Of a stretch of DNA of 64,000 nt, positions 36,101-47,803 are shown piece by piece. The stretch comes from Anthoceros angustus. Lineage: Eukaryota > Plantae > Anthocerotophyta. The stretch spans positions 496,001 through 560,000 of the forward strand of contig MU008167.1 of the NCBI GenBank assembly GCA_010909165.1. Direction: 5' to 3'. Position 1 is the stretch's first letter; every line of letters begins with the position of its first letter. The translations under genes and the position numbers were made by a program. The notes under the pieces are model-generated. The model had not been told where the DNA came from. It did no database searches and worked only from the letters and a program-made list of their open reading frames with translations.

Positions 36101-37210
36101 TTCATGGAAAAGTTCATAGTCCTTTTCCAGAACATCCAGGTTACTAGCCAAGTGCGCATCCTCCATCAAGCCCTGGAAGTAGGGCACACCATCAGTGCTG
36201 AATCCACAGACCTGCCCACCCCGAGCGGCAATTGACAGGCCGTGGCTCCTCTGAAAGATATCTAAGATCATGGTGCCAGCCTTCTCCACCATGTCCGACA
36301 CATCCTTCTCCGATGCGTGGTACAGATGGCACAAAGAGGCAATCACATTGACCCCTCCCGCGGTCCTCACAGCAAACTTACTGGAATCATCCGGAGACAC
36401 CTTCCTCAGGGCTGGCGGCATGTGCAGGATCATGGTCGTGATCACAGCAAGAAGGCCATTAGTGCAGGTCACCAAATCGGTAAATTGTGGCAGCACGCGC
36501 ACCCTGAGCACCAGAAACAGCAGCCAGCCAAACTGCACGTGGGGACTGAACTTAGATCCCGGCCGTGACGGCGCAGGGCTCTCCAGCCCGAGAAAATAAT
36601 CCTGGTACACACGCTTGTAATAACTGAACAACACCCCGAGATGCGCAAAGTTAGTCTGCGATTCCCTGATCTGCAGCTTCCTCTCATAATCATCTCCGAA
36701 CAAGGTCTTCATTGTAGGGCCAACCTTGGAGAAAAACTGCGCAAGCTCCTTGTAGAATTCCACCACACTCAGCCTGGTGATCTGCAAAAGCTGAGAAAGA
36801 GTGAAGCAAGATCCGTTCTTTCCCTCACCAGAGGCCGCACCACTCAACCTCTTCACGGTGTAGAGCAAGCACGGGCCCCAGATCCGCTCCACCCCGCGGC
36901 TAGTCTCCGTGGCGTCCACATTGGTAAGCAGCGGACACCTCACTTTCCTGAACAACTCCAAGGCCTGCTGCAGCAGCGCATCATCCATCCGAAGGCCAAG
37001 CCTCTCACACTCGCGGAAATACTCCTCCATACATTTCATCGCAACCAGGCTGCTGTCCCGGTTCTCTTGGCCAAGGTCCCCGTTCGCGTCTCCCCCGCGA
37101 CTCTTGAAAAGCTTCAAGGAGATGGAATGAACACCTTCCGCAGCCTCCTCCGCCAGAGTAGCGGCCCCTGTCTCTTTCCTGACCACAGGAGAGCCAGGTC
37201 CTTCCTCCAT
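33129..37210 (-). CDS. RBR: Retinoblastoma-related protein, intronless, with an internal ~864-bp tandem duplication and homopolymer frameshifts
   Basis: N-domain ([20 protein letters not shown]), A pocket ([54 protein letters not shown]), B pocket ([40 protein letters not shown]) and C-terminus ([27 protein letters not shown]). About 690 codons run uninterrupted from the ATG. Confidence 0.95.
33652..35378. repeat. Near-identical direct tandem duplication inside RBR, unit 861-863 bp as assembled (864 after indel correction)
   Basis: 33652-34514 matches 34515-35375 except for four single-base homopolymer indels. Boundary microhomology is ACAAAC(A/C)C(T/C)TCA. Confidence 0.95.
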
Positions 37211-37656
37211 TAGCCCTTCCCCTTTCCTCCTCCCCTAGCGCAACCAAGATGCGTCAGACACGGGAAAGTAACTCGTCCAACACGCAGTGGCCAATCCAAA
37301 ATCCAGCCATCCACTCGAGGAGGACGATCCCTTGTTGATCCAAATTCACAGATCCTTTGCAAGCCACCAGTGTCAGCCAAGAGCGATCGAGATTGCAGAG
37401 TCCCCCACAAGGTTTTGAGACAGCACTCGAATCTGAACCGCACGGCAAGTGCATTCTCGCAATTCACGCACAATGGCCTGATGGAATGGGCATGTGTCAC
37501 AGCTGGAGCACCACAACCATGGCCATGGCCGCACGGGGAGACTGCATGAGAATTCCGACGCTGCCTGCGCAAGTTTGCAGGCGGGAGCACGCAGGATTTG
37601 TGCGGAGACCAATAGCAGGAAGCGCTTGGATATGTGAAAGCAGGCTGGCCTGCAAT

Positions 37657-37716
37657 TTTCCCGCCATTCCGTAGCCCTAACCGGGGTTAAGCCAACCGCC
37701 GTGCTCCCTTTCCCGC
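37657..37716. promoter_or_regulatory. Two canonical E2F sites upstream of RBR
   Basis: TTTCCCGC (matches TTTSSCGS) at 37657-37664 and 37709-37716, about 450-500 bp upstream of the RBR ATG. Confidence 0.65.
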
Positions 37717-38269
37717 CACTAAGCCATAGCTTTCGGGTGACAGGGCTTTTTGCGACTAAAATTCTACACCAGGAAAATGATGGAAAGACCTAGAAATGTA
37801 CCAATCGATTTATCGAACAATATTACCAGTGATTATCGTTGCAGTCTGGATAGATGTTAATCTACGGAAGTAAAATACCTTTGAAGGAGTATTTATTAAT
37901 TTATATAACCAAATGTAATATATTATATCATTTATATTTAATATTATATAAAATATGAAAATAATACTATTATGCAATATTTATATAATATTGAACTTGA
38001 TAAGTGTATGTCTTTATGAAAAGGGCTGACACGAGGGAACTTAGCACGTCCTGTGGCAAGGATCTCACCCAATGGGCTTTTTCCCAAATAATTATATATC
38101 ATTGTATGTTTATAAAATAATTTCCGAAAATTATTTAATGAATTTACCGGTGTACGACTTTAATTTATTGTGGTTCGCGTTGATCGTGTTTTGTAATTAC
38201 TTTTGTTGCTTACAAAAAAGTTGCCTTTTGCGTCGGTTCCTTCCAATAGTTTCCCTCTGGTAGGTTGAG

Positions 38270-38392
38270 GGCGAGTCTTGCCATGGGCTCTTGGAATTGA
38301 GGGCAAGTCTTGCCATGGGCTCTTGGAATCTTACCATGGGCTCTTGGAATGCAGGACGAGTCTTGCCATGGGCTCTTGGAACGTAGGGCATC
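38270..38392. repeat. Short tandem repeat, 4 copies of a 21-bp core
   Basis: The core TCTTGCCATGGGCTCTTGGAA recurs four times with variable spacers. Confidence 0.85.
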
Positions 38393-39731
38393 GCAAAACA
38401 AGATGCTTCATATCGACAAATGAACTCTCAGTAAAACGTAAGAAATATATTTTACTTTTTATCATATAATATATTAATCAATTAATTATTTATACTATAT
38501 TTTGATATTTATTAATATTATATTTTGAAGTTGATTTTTCTTTGTGTGACCTATAACACTCATCCAAAAACTCTTTGCAATGTCATCAGGCTTAGTGTTC
38601 CATTTTAGATGACCATTGGTTGCCATCGGTTGAGGACCCCAAAAACTATCAAAAGTCCTCAACTACCATCTTCCTGGTCAGAGATAGGTCCAACGTTGGT
38701 GTTGGTTTACAGACCTTGAGGGTCTTTTACTCTTTTCTATCATCTTTGTGCTCTCTGGGGTCCTTCTCTCTTGCGGCTTAGTTAGTTTTCCTTCTTTTTG
38801 TTTAATGAATACTTCACTCGCTAGCTTTGCTAGGGTTTGTGTCCAGACTTCATAGTTTATCCTATTTAACATAATCAATATTTACCAAAAAATCTATTAG
38901 TATTTGCAATTGAATAGAGTACCACCCGAGGTAACAATTAAAGAGGAAAAGAACTCCTACCAAAATCCTTTTAGGGGTGAAGAGCAATCAATACCCCTTA
39001 CCAATGCAAGTCGTGAAATAAAAAAGATGGAATGACATGACATAACCTTTATTCTATGAGGCTCTATGGGTGTAGCAATACAGTGCAATTTTTTGTACTC
39101 ATAATGTTTGAAGAGAACGTTATTGGATGTGCCATGACTGAGGCAGGTAGGGTCGTGGTTATAGAAAACACAAGAGCTCAAACCAACTTAAATATATGAA
39201 GTTAGGGGGATGATACACATGTCACCAACACACATGGCAATTGCAGAAAATCACCACTTCTTCCATTGACTAATACAAATATTCAGAGCTAACCACAAAG
39301 GAATCTAAACTTAAATATCCACATTCTATACAAGTGCAGGACGTGGCATGAGCAGGGTTTGAATCTCCCTTGCTCAAAAACAAGAAAAACTTGTCCAAGG
39401 TTTATGTACATCCAGTAGTATTTCAAATAGCTATTGCAATTGTTTTTGTTTGTCATAACATCAAATTACTGTAGGAATCCATATGCACCCCATCTCTTTC
39501 ACTTGCACTACAGCTACATGCAGGCCTAGGTAATTTCACTGTCAATTTTTGAAGGTCTGTAGTTTCATCCCATGATCATTCCACCACTGTGCTCTTTCAC
39601 AAAGTTTCCTCTCTTTTCTATAGGAAAATGCAAGGTCAAGGAATCATGATCGGTAGAGTCAGCTCTCCTTGCATGTGGAGGGCTTGCAGATTGGAGGGAA
39701 GAGCAGCGGCAACATACACTATGTTTAGAGT

Positions 39732-40320
39732 TTAGGGACTAGACCCAGCAGCTTTCGAAGGGTGGGATGAGGAGCTGGATAATCTGGAATAAATGCAGAA
39801 GCTGCCTACCCTTCCCAGTTCTCCGATCGACACATTATCATTATGGTAAAAAACACACGGGCTCGGATGGGATTTGCCCACTCTGTTCAACATTGCCATT
39901 ACTTGTGTCATGGACGGTCTCCTATCCCTTGTGTGCGCTAGACAAGCCACAGCCACTTACAAGCATTTGCAAACAGAATTGACAGTGTTCTTTATGGCAT
40001 TGCTGTATTTATGTGGAGTGGGAACTGTTTGCACCTCGGGTGCTACTGGTGAGATGTAAAGGGCAAAGGCTTGGGATTGTTTGAAACGCCCATCCCTTTT
40101 GCAGACACATCACAATACGAAAACTATACCCGCGACAACAATAAAGGACGGAATGCCGATAGCATTAACTGCGGAACACAGCAAAAGGATCAAGCAATTG
40201 CAAGGTCAGCCGCCATGCTACTAGGGCTTGCAGCTAATACTCGGCTACCTGGCATGCTGCCTACCATAAAGAGTTCAATAGAACGTTGCTATGTCCTCTG
40301 CATTGATCAATAGATAGGTC
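39732..40320 (-). pseudogene. Decayed receptor-kinase C-terminal fragment
   Basis: KCL*VAVACLAHTRDRRPSMTQVMAMLN resembles RLK subdomain XI, and SNVLL upstream resembles subdomain VIb. Many stops. Confidence 0.5.
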
Positions 40321-42054
40321 ATCACAAACCTTCAACTCTGAACCTCCATGCCTGCACATCAAGACCTTCCAGAATCTTGAGCATCCAGGCCTGCCAAGGG
40401 AGAATCAAGACCTGCCAAGAGAGCATCTTACGTGCCAAAGATAATGCTGGAGGTGGCGGGCTGGAATAACGAACTGCCCAAGGGACTTAGAATGGGACCA
40501 GAATAGGATTGGTATCCACCACATCCAGGAACTGAGGAGCGGATGCCCCACTGCTGCCCTTCCCATAGCTTTTTCAGTTCACAAGCCGGCTGCACCCCCA
40601 TATGTTGGTGGCTTGTCTGAGGCCATGGGACTCGGACACATCCAAGTGTTGCACTCTTCCTAGAATTATTTTTTTTTATAGTGGATAAACTCTTTCCAGG
40701 ACTTTTCTCAAAGTGGAATAGGACCACATCCTAGCTAACGCGTGGTCCCTACACCAGCCTTCACAAGAAAGGGAATGTTGTATTCTACTGCTCACCCACA
40801 ACAAAAATCTAAAGGCCCATAAAATAACTCGGTCACAAATCTCGAGTATTGGTCATATTGCATCCCACAAATTAGCACCGGAAATACTCGCCCATGATGC
40901 TACATTGATGGATGCCTCCACACACGTGAGATCATGCAACTCATGTTGAAGCCATTCCTTGCCGGGACTCCTTGCTTCCAGAACCAAAGTGGGTGCCTGT
41001 GTGTAAACCTAAGTATGGGTAGTAGGTACAGTTGTATATGTTTGATATCTAGTCTTGCACATAATTTTAATTTTAATATTTATTTTTTGGTTCCATACAA
41101 GAAAAAAGTATCCATTTCAATCTTTCACTTGCTAGCTTTGGATATCTTCATATAGGTAGCTTAAATCTTTTAAGACCATGAAGCTTGAGCTTATTGAGGC
41201 CTAAGATAATTTTGAGCTTATATAACTTACTTCGATTTCTATCGAAGTCGGGTTATTTTGATTCAATGGGTCCAACGGTCTATGTCTCTATCTGATCCTT
41301 ATGATATGAAGGATTTAGCTGAATTGGACTATAATATGATATTATGATTCTACACAAGGGTCCAAATGTCTACAGGTCAATTTACAAAATGTTCAGTAGA
41401 AATGTCTTAAAGGTGTCCCTAGTAAGTGACATACATAGGTTTTAACTGGTCCTCTTGTTCTTTGAGTCAAAAGTCACATATTTTCACTTTGTGCTGATTT
41501 GGATACATGTGTTGTTCCATGATATTAAAAGATTGTTGAGTCTTTTACGTGTACTCTACTATCTACTTGCACCAATTACTTGTTCCAATGAATATTAAAG
41601 ATCCTAAAACAGGTGAGTCAACCTAACTTTTCCCACTCATTAAGATGATCTTACATGCTGCTTTAATTTAGGAGACTTCTTCAACCCAATTTTTTTCCAT
41701 GCATTTAAAATAATATTACATGTTGTTCTAATATAGAAGAATTTTTCACAAAAAGATGAGGACGAAAATGAAATCCTATACACAGGCCTTCCTCTTTGTC
41801 AAAATTTTCCACGTTGGTAGCCCTTGTACTTGACCTATAGCGTGAACTTGCCCAACTATTCATCACTCATCCCATGGTCTTTTCCTAAAGAAAACGTTTT
41901 TAAGATGCATCTTAGGATTTTCCCACCTTCTCATTGAAAAGTGCACTAGTTAGAAAGAGAGGGGCTGCTTTTTTATGCAGCTGATGTTTAAAGTAATTAT
42001 AATTCAAAATAAAATGCTCCTATATTATCCTGAAATCTAATTTAGAATATCTTA

Positions 42055-42365
42055 AATGAAGTAAGATCTAAACCGAAAACGAACGCTCACTCTTGCATAT
42101 TTCTGATTTAAAATTTCTTACCTAAAGTAGGATCTAAATTGAGAGCGCTTGCTCCCGCATATTTCTAGTTAGAAGTTCGTACGTAAAGTAGGATCTAAAG
42201 TAAGGACGCTCACTCTCACATATTTCTAATTTTGAGGTTCTTGCGCAAAGTGAGATTTAAATTGAAAACACTCATTGCCTAAGTAGGATTTAAATTGAAA
42301 ACACTCGCTGCCTAAGTAGAATTCAGATTATAGTTATTGCCTAAGTAGGATTTAAATTAAAAACA
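42055..42365. repeat. Composite minisatellite (~60-bp then ~30-bp units) sharing AAGTAGGAT(C/T)TAAA
   Basis: About 7 spaced recurrences of AAGTAGGATCTAAA-like motifs with ACGCTCACTC..CATATTTCT segments. The motif recurs once more near 42630. Confidence 0.75.
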
Positions 42366-42717
42366 CGCACTATCTAGGTAAATTTGGGAGCTTTAGACCT
42401 TATTGTTTGTGCTTGGATATGCTCAAGAATTTTCCCTCCTTCACACCCTTTGATTGGGGAGAAAGGAGGAACTTATTTGGAGAGATAGAACTAGTATTTT
42501 ATGAGGCTGATATTCAAAGAAATTAGACTTTAAAATAGAATGCTTTGTATTGTGGTAAAATCTAGTTTAGACGTACCCATGGAAGGTACTACTTTAAGTG
42601 AGAGCCTTTTATTTCTATTTTAGATCCTACTAGGATCTAAATTGAGCACATTCTCCCTCCTTATATAAAAGTCCAGAACATAGAGCTGTATGTCTTCTTG
42701 TTTGTGCTTTCCTATGC

Positions 42718-42872
42718 TCAAGCCTATAAGTAGCTTGGTATCAGTGGTTCAAGCCTATAAGTAGCTTGGTATCAATGGTTCAAGCCTATAAGTAGCTTGG
42801 TATCAGAGTTTCAAGCCTATAAGTTGCTTGGTATCAGAGTTTCAAGCCTATAAGTAGCTTGGTATCAGTGAT
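42718..42872 (+). repeat. 31-bp x5 array; each unit has a TATA-like CCTATAAGTAG and a tRNA-iMet PBS-like TGGTATCA(G/A)
   Basis: Units start at 42718, 42749, 42780, 42811 and 42842. Units 3 and 4 carry TGGTATCAGAG, 11 nt of the canonical plant PBS. Confidence 0.9.
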
Positions 42873-42988
42873 CCAAGTCTACAAAGGTTTCAGATTATTT
42901 ATTTCTTATCTGTAATTCCTACTGGATAGTGATTTTGCGACAATTCACTTGCAAGAGCATGACTTTGAAGTAGTGAATTGCATTTTAG

Positions 42989-44743
42989 ATGAGGGGACGA
43001 CATATATCGCATGAAGAAAGATACACACGAACAAGAAGAAGAAACATAGACCTCAATATTCTGAAGGAGAGTGTAAAGAGTTTCAAACCGCTGGCACCAG
43101 AACCACCATCTATTCTTGATGCAACAGCAAGAGCCATTCATGTGGCATGGGTACCACCTAAGGGCACAGCTGCATATGTTACCGGCTATTGCCTTGCAAT
43201 TGAAGAAGATGGGAAAGATGGCTTGGTTAGTCTCCCTCATATCTATACTCGCGCGGACGAAACGAGCTATTGGATGGAGGGTATTAATGAAGGCAGCAAG
43301 TATATATTTCGAGTGGCAGCATCCAATAACACGATCCAAGGCTCTTTTAGTACTGCATGTGTATGTGATAATATTCGCACTAATGATTTTCCCCGTCCAC
43401 CTCCACCGCCGTTTATGGAGGTGCGAGGATCTGATTTTCTGACAATCGCATGGATAGTGCATGATCAAGATAATAATAGTAGGTATCAAGTTGAGTATCG
43501 TGTGGCACATGAGCCTAATGAATGGAGTATTTGTTATAATGGAAGTGATAAGACGTGCACTATTTCTCAGCTTAACCCTGGCCAAAGTTACCACGTCCGT
43601 GTTTTGGTGGAAAATGAAGTTGGAGGAAGTGGATTTTCAGGTGAGTCAATTGTTTCTACATCTCCAGGGCCTCCAGAAACTCCTTCCGCTCCACTTGCCA
43701 TGGAAACTACAATTGATTCTATCCACTTAGTTTGGAGTCCGCCTAATCATGATGGTGGTTGTAAAGTGAGTGGTTATTGCGTAGCTATGCGGTTGGTAGG
43801 AGAATTAGAGGACAATGCACAAGAAAGAGTTTTTCAGTGTGCTTATGAGGGACTTGTGTCCAATTCACCTCCAAGCTTAGTGCAAGATAACTTGCTACCT
43901 GGCACAAGCTATGAGTTTAAAGTACAAGCTATCAACAAACTTGGTAGGAGTGCTTGGAGTAGTATCAGCACATTTGAGACACTTGTTCTTCCTATAACAC
44001 AACAACCATATGAAGATAACAACCTTTCATCCTCATCAAGTGATGAGCTTCATAAATGCAATGTCGACGAGTCACATTTTGATGAGCTTGATAATTGCAA
44101 TGTCGACAAGTCACATCTTGATGAGCTTGATAATTGCAATGTCGACGAGTCACATCTTGATGAGCTTGATAATTGCAATGTCGGTGAGCCACGTCTAGAT
44201 GAGCTTGATAATTGCAATGCCACGAGTAGTGGCTCATTGGAACATGATTGTATGTTACTTGCTCAACCATCTGCACCAAGACTTATTCCTACGTCTGAAA
44301 CTTCTATTTACGTGCTTTGGCATGCTATTGATTCGAGAGTTGCGAATAAGATGTTCTTGGAATCTAATGTTATTGATGCCAATATTGGCATTTTGTATGC
44401 GCTTGAAATGGAGGATCCAAGCAATGGAAAGTCTCAACTAGTATACGAGGGTGTTGATTCTTGGTATGAGGTAAAGGGGCTAGTACCTGGTCATTTATAT
44501 CGATTTAGGGTGAGGAGTAAGAGGGATTCTGTTTTTAGTGAGTGGAGCCTTCCTACTGCGACTTCATGGCAAAACTCTTGGTTATGGCCTTGTCTACATC
44601 AATTCACTTCATATCTTGGATTCAATTCTAGGGATTCTAAGTCATGGAACTTGCCAAAATGTCTCCTTGCCTTTGTTATTTTCTTCTTGACATTACTATT
44701 AATTTTTATTGGCTATAATACAAGATATGAATCAATAGGCTAA
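42989..44743 (+). CDS. Tail-anchored protein with four fibronectin type III domains (FNDC3-like), intronless and AT-rich
   Basis: 584-aa ORF with four FN3 patterns (P..P....SI.L.W.PP..DGG..V.GY.V ... L.PG..Y.FRV.A.N..G.S..S), a 13-aa acidic repeat linker, a C-terminal TM (CLLAFVIFFLTLLLIFIGY) with an 8-aa tail, and no signal peptide. Confidence 0.85.
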   Translation: MRGRHISHEERYTRTRRRNIDLNILKESVKSFKPLAPEPPSILDATARAIHVAWVPPKGTAAYVTGYCLAIEEDGKDGLVSLPHIYTRADETSYWMEGINEGSKYIFRVAASNNTIQGSFSTACVCDNIRTNDFPRPPPPPFMEVRGSDFLTIAWIVHDQDNNSRYQVEYRVAHEPNEWSICYNGSDKTCTISQLNPGQSYHVRVLVENEVGGSGFSGESIVSTSPGPPETPSAPLAMETTIDSIHLVWSPPNHDGGCKVSGYCVAMRLVGELEDNAQERVFQCAYEGLVSNSPPSLVQDNLLPGTSYEFKVQAINKLGRSAWSSISTFETLVLPITQQPYEDNNLSSSSSDELHKCNVDESHFDELDNCNVDKSHLDELDNCNVDESHLDELDNCNVGEPRLDELDNCNATSSGSLEHDCMLLAQPSAPRLIPTSETSIYVLWHAIDSRVANKMFLESNVIDANIGILYALEMEDPSNGKSQLVYEGVDSWYEVKGLVPGHLYRFRVRSKRDSVFSEWSLPTATSWQNSWLWPCLHQFTSYLGFNSRDSKSWNLPKCLLAFVIFFLTLLLIFIGYNTRYESIG

Positions 44744-45362
44744 TGTATCATATTGATATTTTTAAATAATATTGAATATATGACAAAGTGCGTATGATTC
44801 AAAATTATGAATTTATAACAAGCAAAATATATAGTTTCAAGTATGGGATCTAGTAATACTACTTAACTTATATAAATATTGAGTCCCTCATACGCAACAT
44901 CTTGTGCTCCTACAAGATAATCACAAGTATAGAACGATTATACTCAGCAAGAGCATCACATAAAAGCAATGCAAGCATGCAAGATGGAGACGCAGGCGAT
45001 TGTTCTCATGTGGAACAACTCCAAAAACCAGCACAAGCGGGGAAGATGGAGGTCTTGAAGAAACAAATTGTTCTTTTTGACTAGTGCTTGTACATATTGT
45101 GATGCAAGACGAACAAATATTTCATACATAAATAAATGCTATTTGAGACCAAAGACACGTATTGCTCATCTAATTCCTAACCAGATGTAAGTCCTGAAGC
45201 ACGCGAGTCCCACTACACAACCATCCTCCACATGGATGCCCACATGCCATACGGCGATGCATCCGTCCATCCGAGTGCAGGCATTGGATAGTGTAAGCCT
45301 GGGAAAGCTCCTATCATTTGTTGCTCAAGATAAAGTGTTATCTTTCATTCAAGTAAAGTATT

Positions 45363-45885
45363 GTCTTCGCAAGGGGTTTAGATATTTGCCACGAGGGGTT
45401 TCTAGTTTCCGGAGGCTTTGCGTTAGGTTTTTGGTGGTTTCTAGAGGGGTTTTGCGGCTGGTGCACCTTTGGGTGGTCGAGGCGGTTTTCCGGTCGGTGT
45501 TGGCTTTGGCGCATTCCTAGGGGTTTTCCATGTGGACAGTGCGTTTTATGACGTCATTGGACATGCTCGCTTTTCCAAGTGGAGTGGTGGGTCCATTTGG
45601 GGAACGGTGGTGCTTTGGCAATTTTCATGTTTTTTCTTTTTGGCCATGGGGCCCCTATCGCCTGAAGGACACTCCTTATCCCATGTGTGAGAAATTATTT
45701 AAGCCTCGAGGAGTTAGGAGCCACATCGGTCTAGTTCACAAGGACTTCGATCGACTACTTGGGAAGCTCGCTTACGCTTGCTTCTTCTCTTGCTGTCCCC
45801 CGACTTTGGATACCCCTCTTGGGCCCTCTCCAGTCTTGGCTATGGTTGCGAGTTAGGTGATCATGTTATGGCTCTATATGAAGCA
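45363..45885 (+). mobile_element. CRE-like element 5' fragment with degenerate C2H2 finger; second copy at 47804-48380
   Basis: Homology to 47804 onward starts at GTCTTCGCAAGGGGTTTAG. Encodes YPMCEKLFKPRGVRSHIGLVH. Confidence 0.65.
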
Positions 45886-46167
45886 CTCACTGCATCGCTC
45901 ACATTGCGCTGCATTGCAGAGCAGTATGCCTTGGGGATTCTAGTGTGCCTGAACACATCATTGTATGCTGCTGCAAATCCCAAGCTCTAGGCACTCCAAT
46001 AAGTTCACTGAACCACTCGAGCAATTGATAATTGAGGCACTTGAGCAATTGATAACTGAAGCACTTGAGTACTTCAACAAGTGATGACGGAATTGAAGGT
46101 AGGAAGTCAAACCGCTTTCGTCAAATGGAGATGACATACCCGTCATGTGTTCTTCGTACTTAGTTCA

Positions 46168-46507
46168 TCTTTTACTTTTGACTTTGTTTTATCATTATGA
46201 AGTGTTGTCCCTGATTGAGGATCTTCTATGATCATTATTGTAGGAATGTCGATAGCCACACATGACGACCATGGAGGGTGTCAACATGCACACTCTTGCT
46301 GAGGTCGGGGCCTTTCCTCTTGAAATACATATTGCAATCTTTTACTTTTGACTTTGTTTTATCATTCTCAAGCGTTGTCCCTGATTGAGGATCTTCCATG
46401 ATCATTATTGCAGGAATGTCGACAACCACACATGACGACCATGGAGGGTGTCAACAGGCACACTCTTGCTGAGGTCGGGGCCTTTCCTGTTGAAATACAT
46501 ATTGCAA
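46168..46507. repeat. 170-bp direct tandem repeat, 2 copies
   Basis: 46168-46337 matches 46338-46507 with a few substitutions. Confidence 0.92.
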
Positions 46508-47803
46508 GGCACCGACACAGTGATTGACAGCGCGTGTTTACTCGTCACCTAGTCCATTGGAAGATAATGTTGTGAGGTTTGCCCTAGCTATCCAAACTCC
46601 GTTCCAACATTCCATGATGTTGAAATGGGGACATAATTCTATTATGACAATGGATGCTACCTTTGGAACAAATAAGTGGAAGGTTTTGGGTTTCTAAGTC
46701 TCTTCGTATATGCTGTGAGAATCTTGGGTTTGTTGCAACAAGGTCTCCTTTGAAGTAGAAACAAGCTCCACTTTTTAGAGACAAGTCAAAAAATCAACAA
46801 AAATGACCCCATTTTTTTTTTAAGAAAGGCTATTTAGAGTGTTTTTCAAAAAAAAAGGGAGAAAAATCTGGTGCTTTTTTTTGTTAAAAACAGACAAGGA
46901 GGGCAAATGTGATTTACACCTGCAGATTTTGGGTCCTGAAAACCTAAACCATGTTTTGAAAACGAGGCCTTTTTTTCATAAAATCACAAGTTCTCACACA
47001 AAACCAGTTTCTTAATTTCCTAGATTTTGCATGTATTTTTTGCTGTCCCTAATGTATTGCACAAACACTGGGACAAAACATATGAATAGAAAAAGACATT
47101 ATCAACCTAAGGTAGCTGTTGCCTAACGGGAGTTAGAAGCAATTTCCAAGTAAAGAGTAATGTTAAAATGTACCACTCCTATCCTAATAAGTTAGTTACA
47201 TCTCCTCTAGACGGATCCATCTCCAACATGGTGGTCAGCTGTAGGTTGGACATGAAGATTATGTGCAGTTAAAAGCCCGTGGAGCTGGAGCCAGCGTGTT
47301 GTTGGCTATTGGGGTGAAGAAGACCACCAGGGACATGCTCTCGTTGGTGAAGCTCATCATAGCCCTATGCTCCACAATGGGATAACGCGATGCGGGCAGA
47401 GCGGTGCGAGTGGTGAGGACGGAGTGGTGCGAGCGGTGAGGACGGAGCGGAGCAGGCGGAGCGATGCGAGCGGTGAGGATGCAGCGGTGAGGGCGGTGCA
47501 TGGGCAAGGCGGTTTGTGCGGAGCAGCGGGAGGGAGGACAGGGTGGGGCGTGGCAGTGGTGCAGGAAGTGGCGGGTTTGTCGGGAGCGCGTTTGGCGCAA
47601 GGAGGGTGCTAGTCCTGCGGGTCGGCCGGTGAGGAGGGTGCGAGGCGGGGCTCGGTGTGGGCAGCCCGGGCGAAGTGCGGCCCACCGGCCCTATCCGGCC
47701 GGTCCTGACTGACCATGCAAAGGCGGCCCGCGGGCTTGAGCTCGCACCTCCCGCTAGCTCCGACTGTTTTGTCCCGGAGTGGTCTCGTGAGCTACGACGA
47801 GGT

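Noticed and set aside
37210-37590. Upstream ORF whose stop overlaps the RBR start (TAATG), suggesting translational coupling
   Set aside because: The ORF starts at GTG and has no in-frame ATG, so it is probably a chance open frame in a GC-rich leader.
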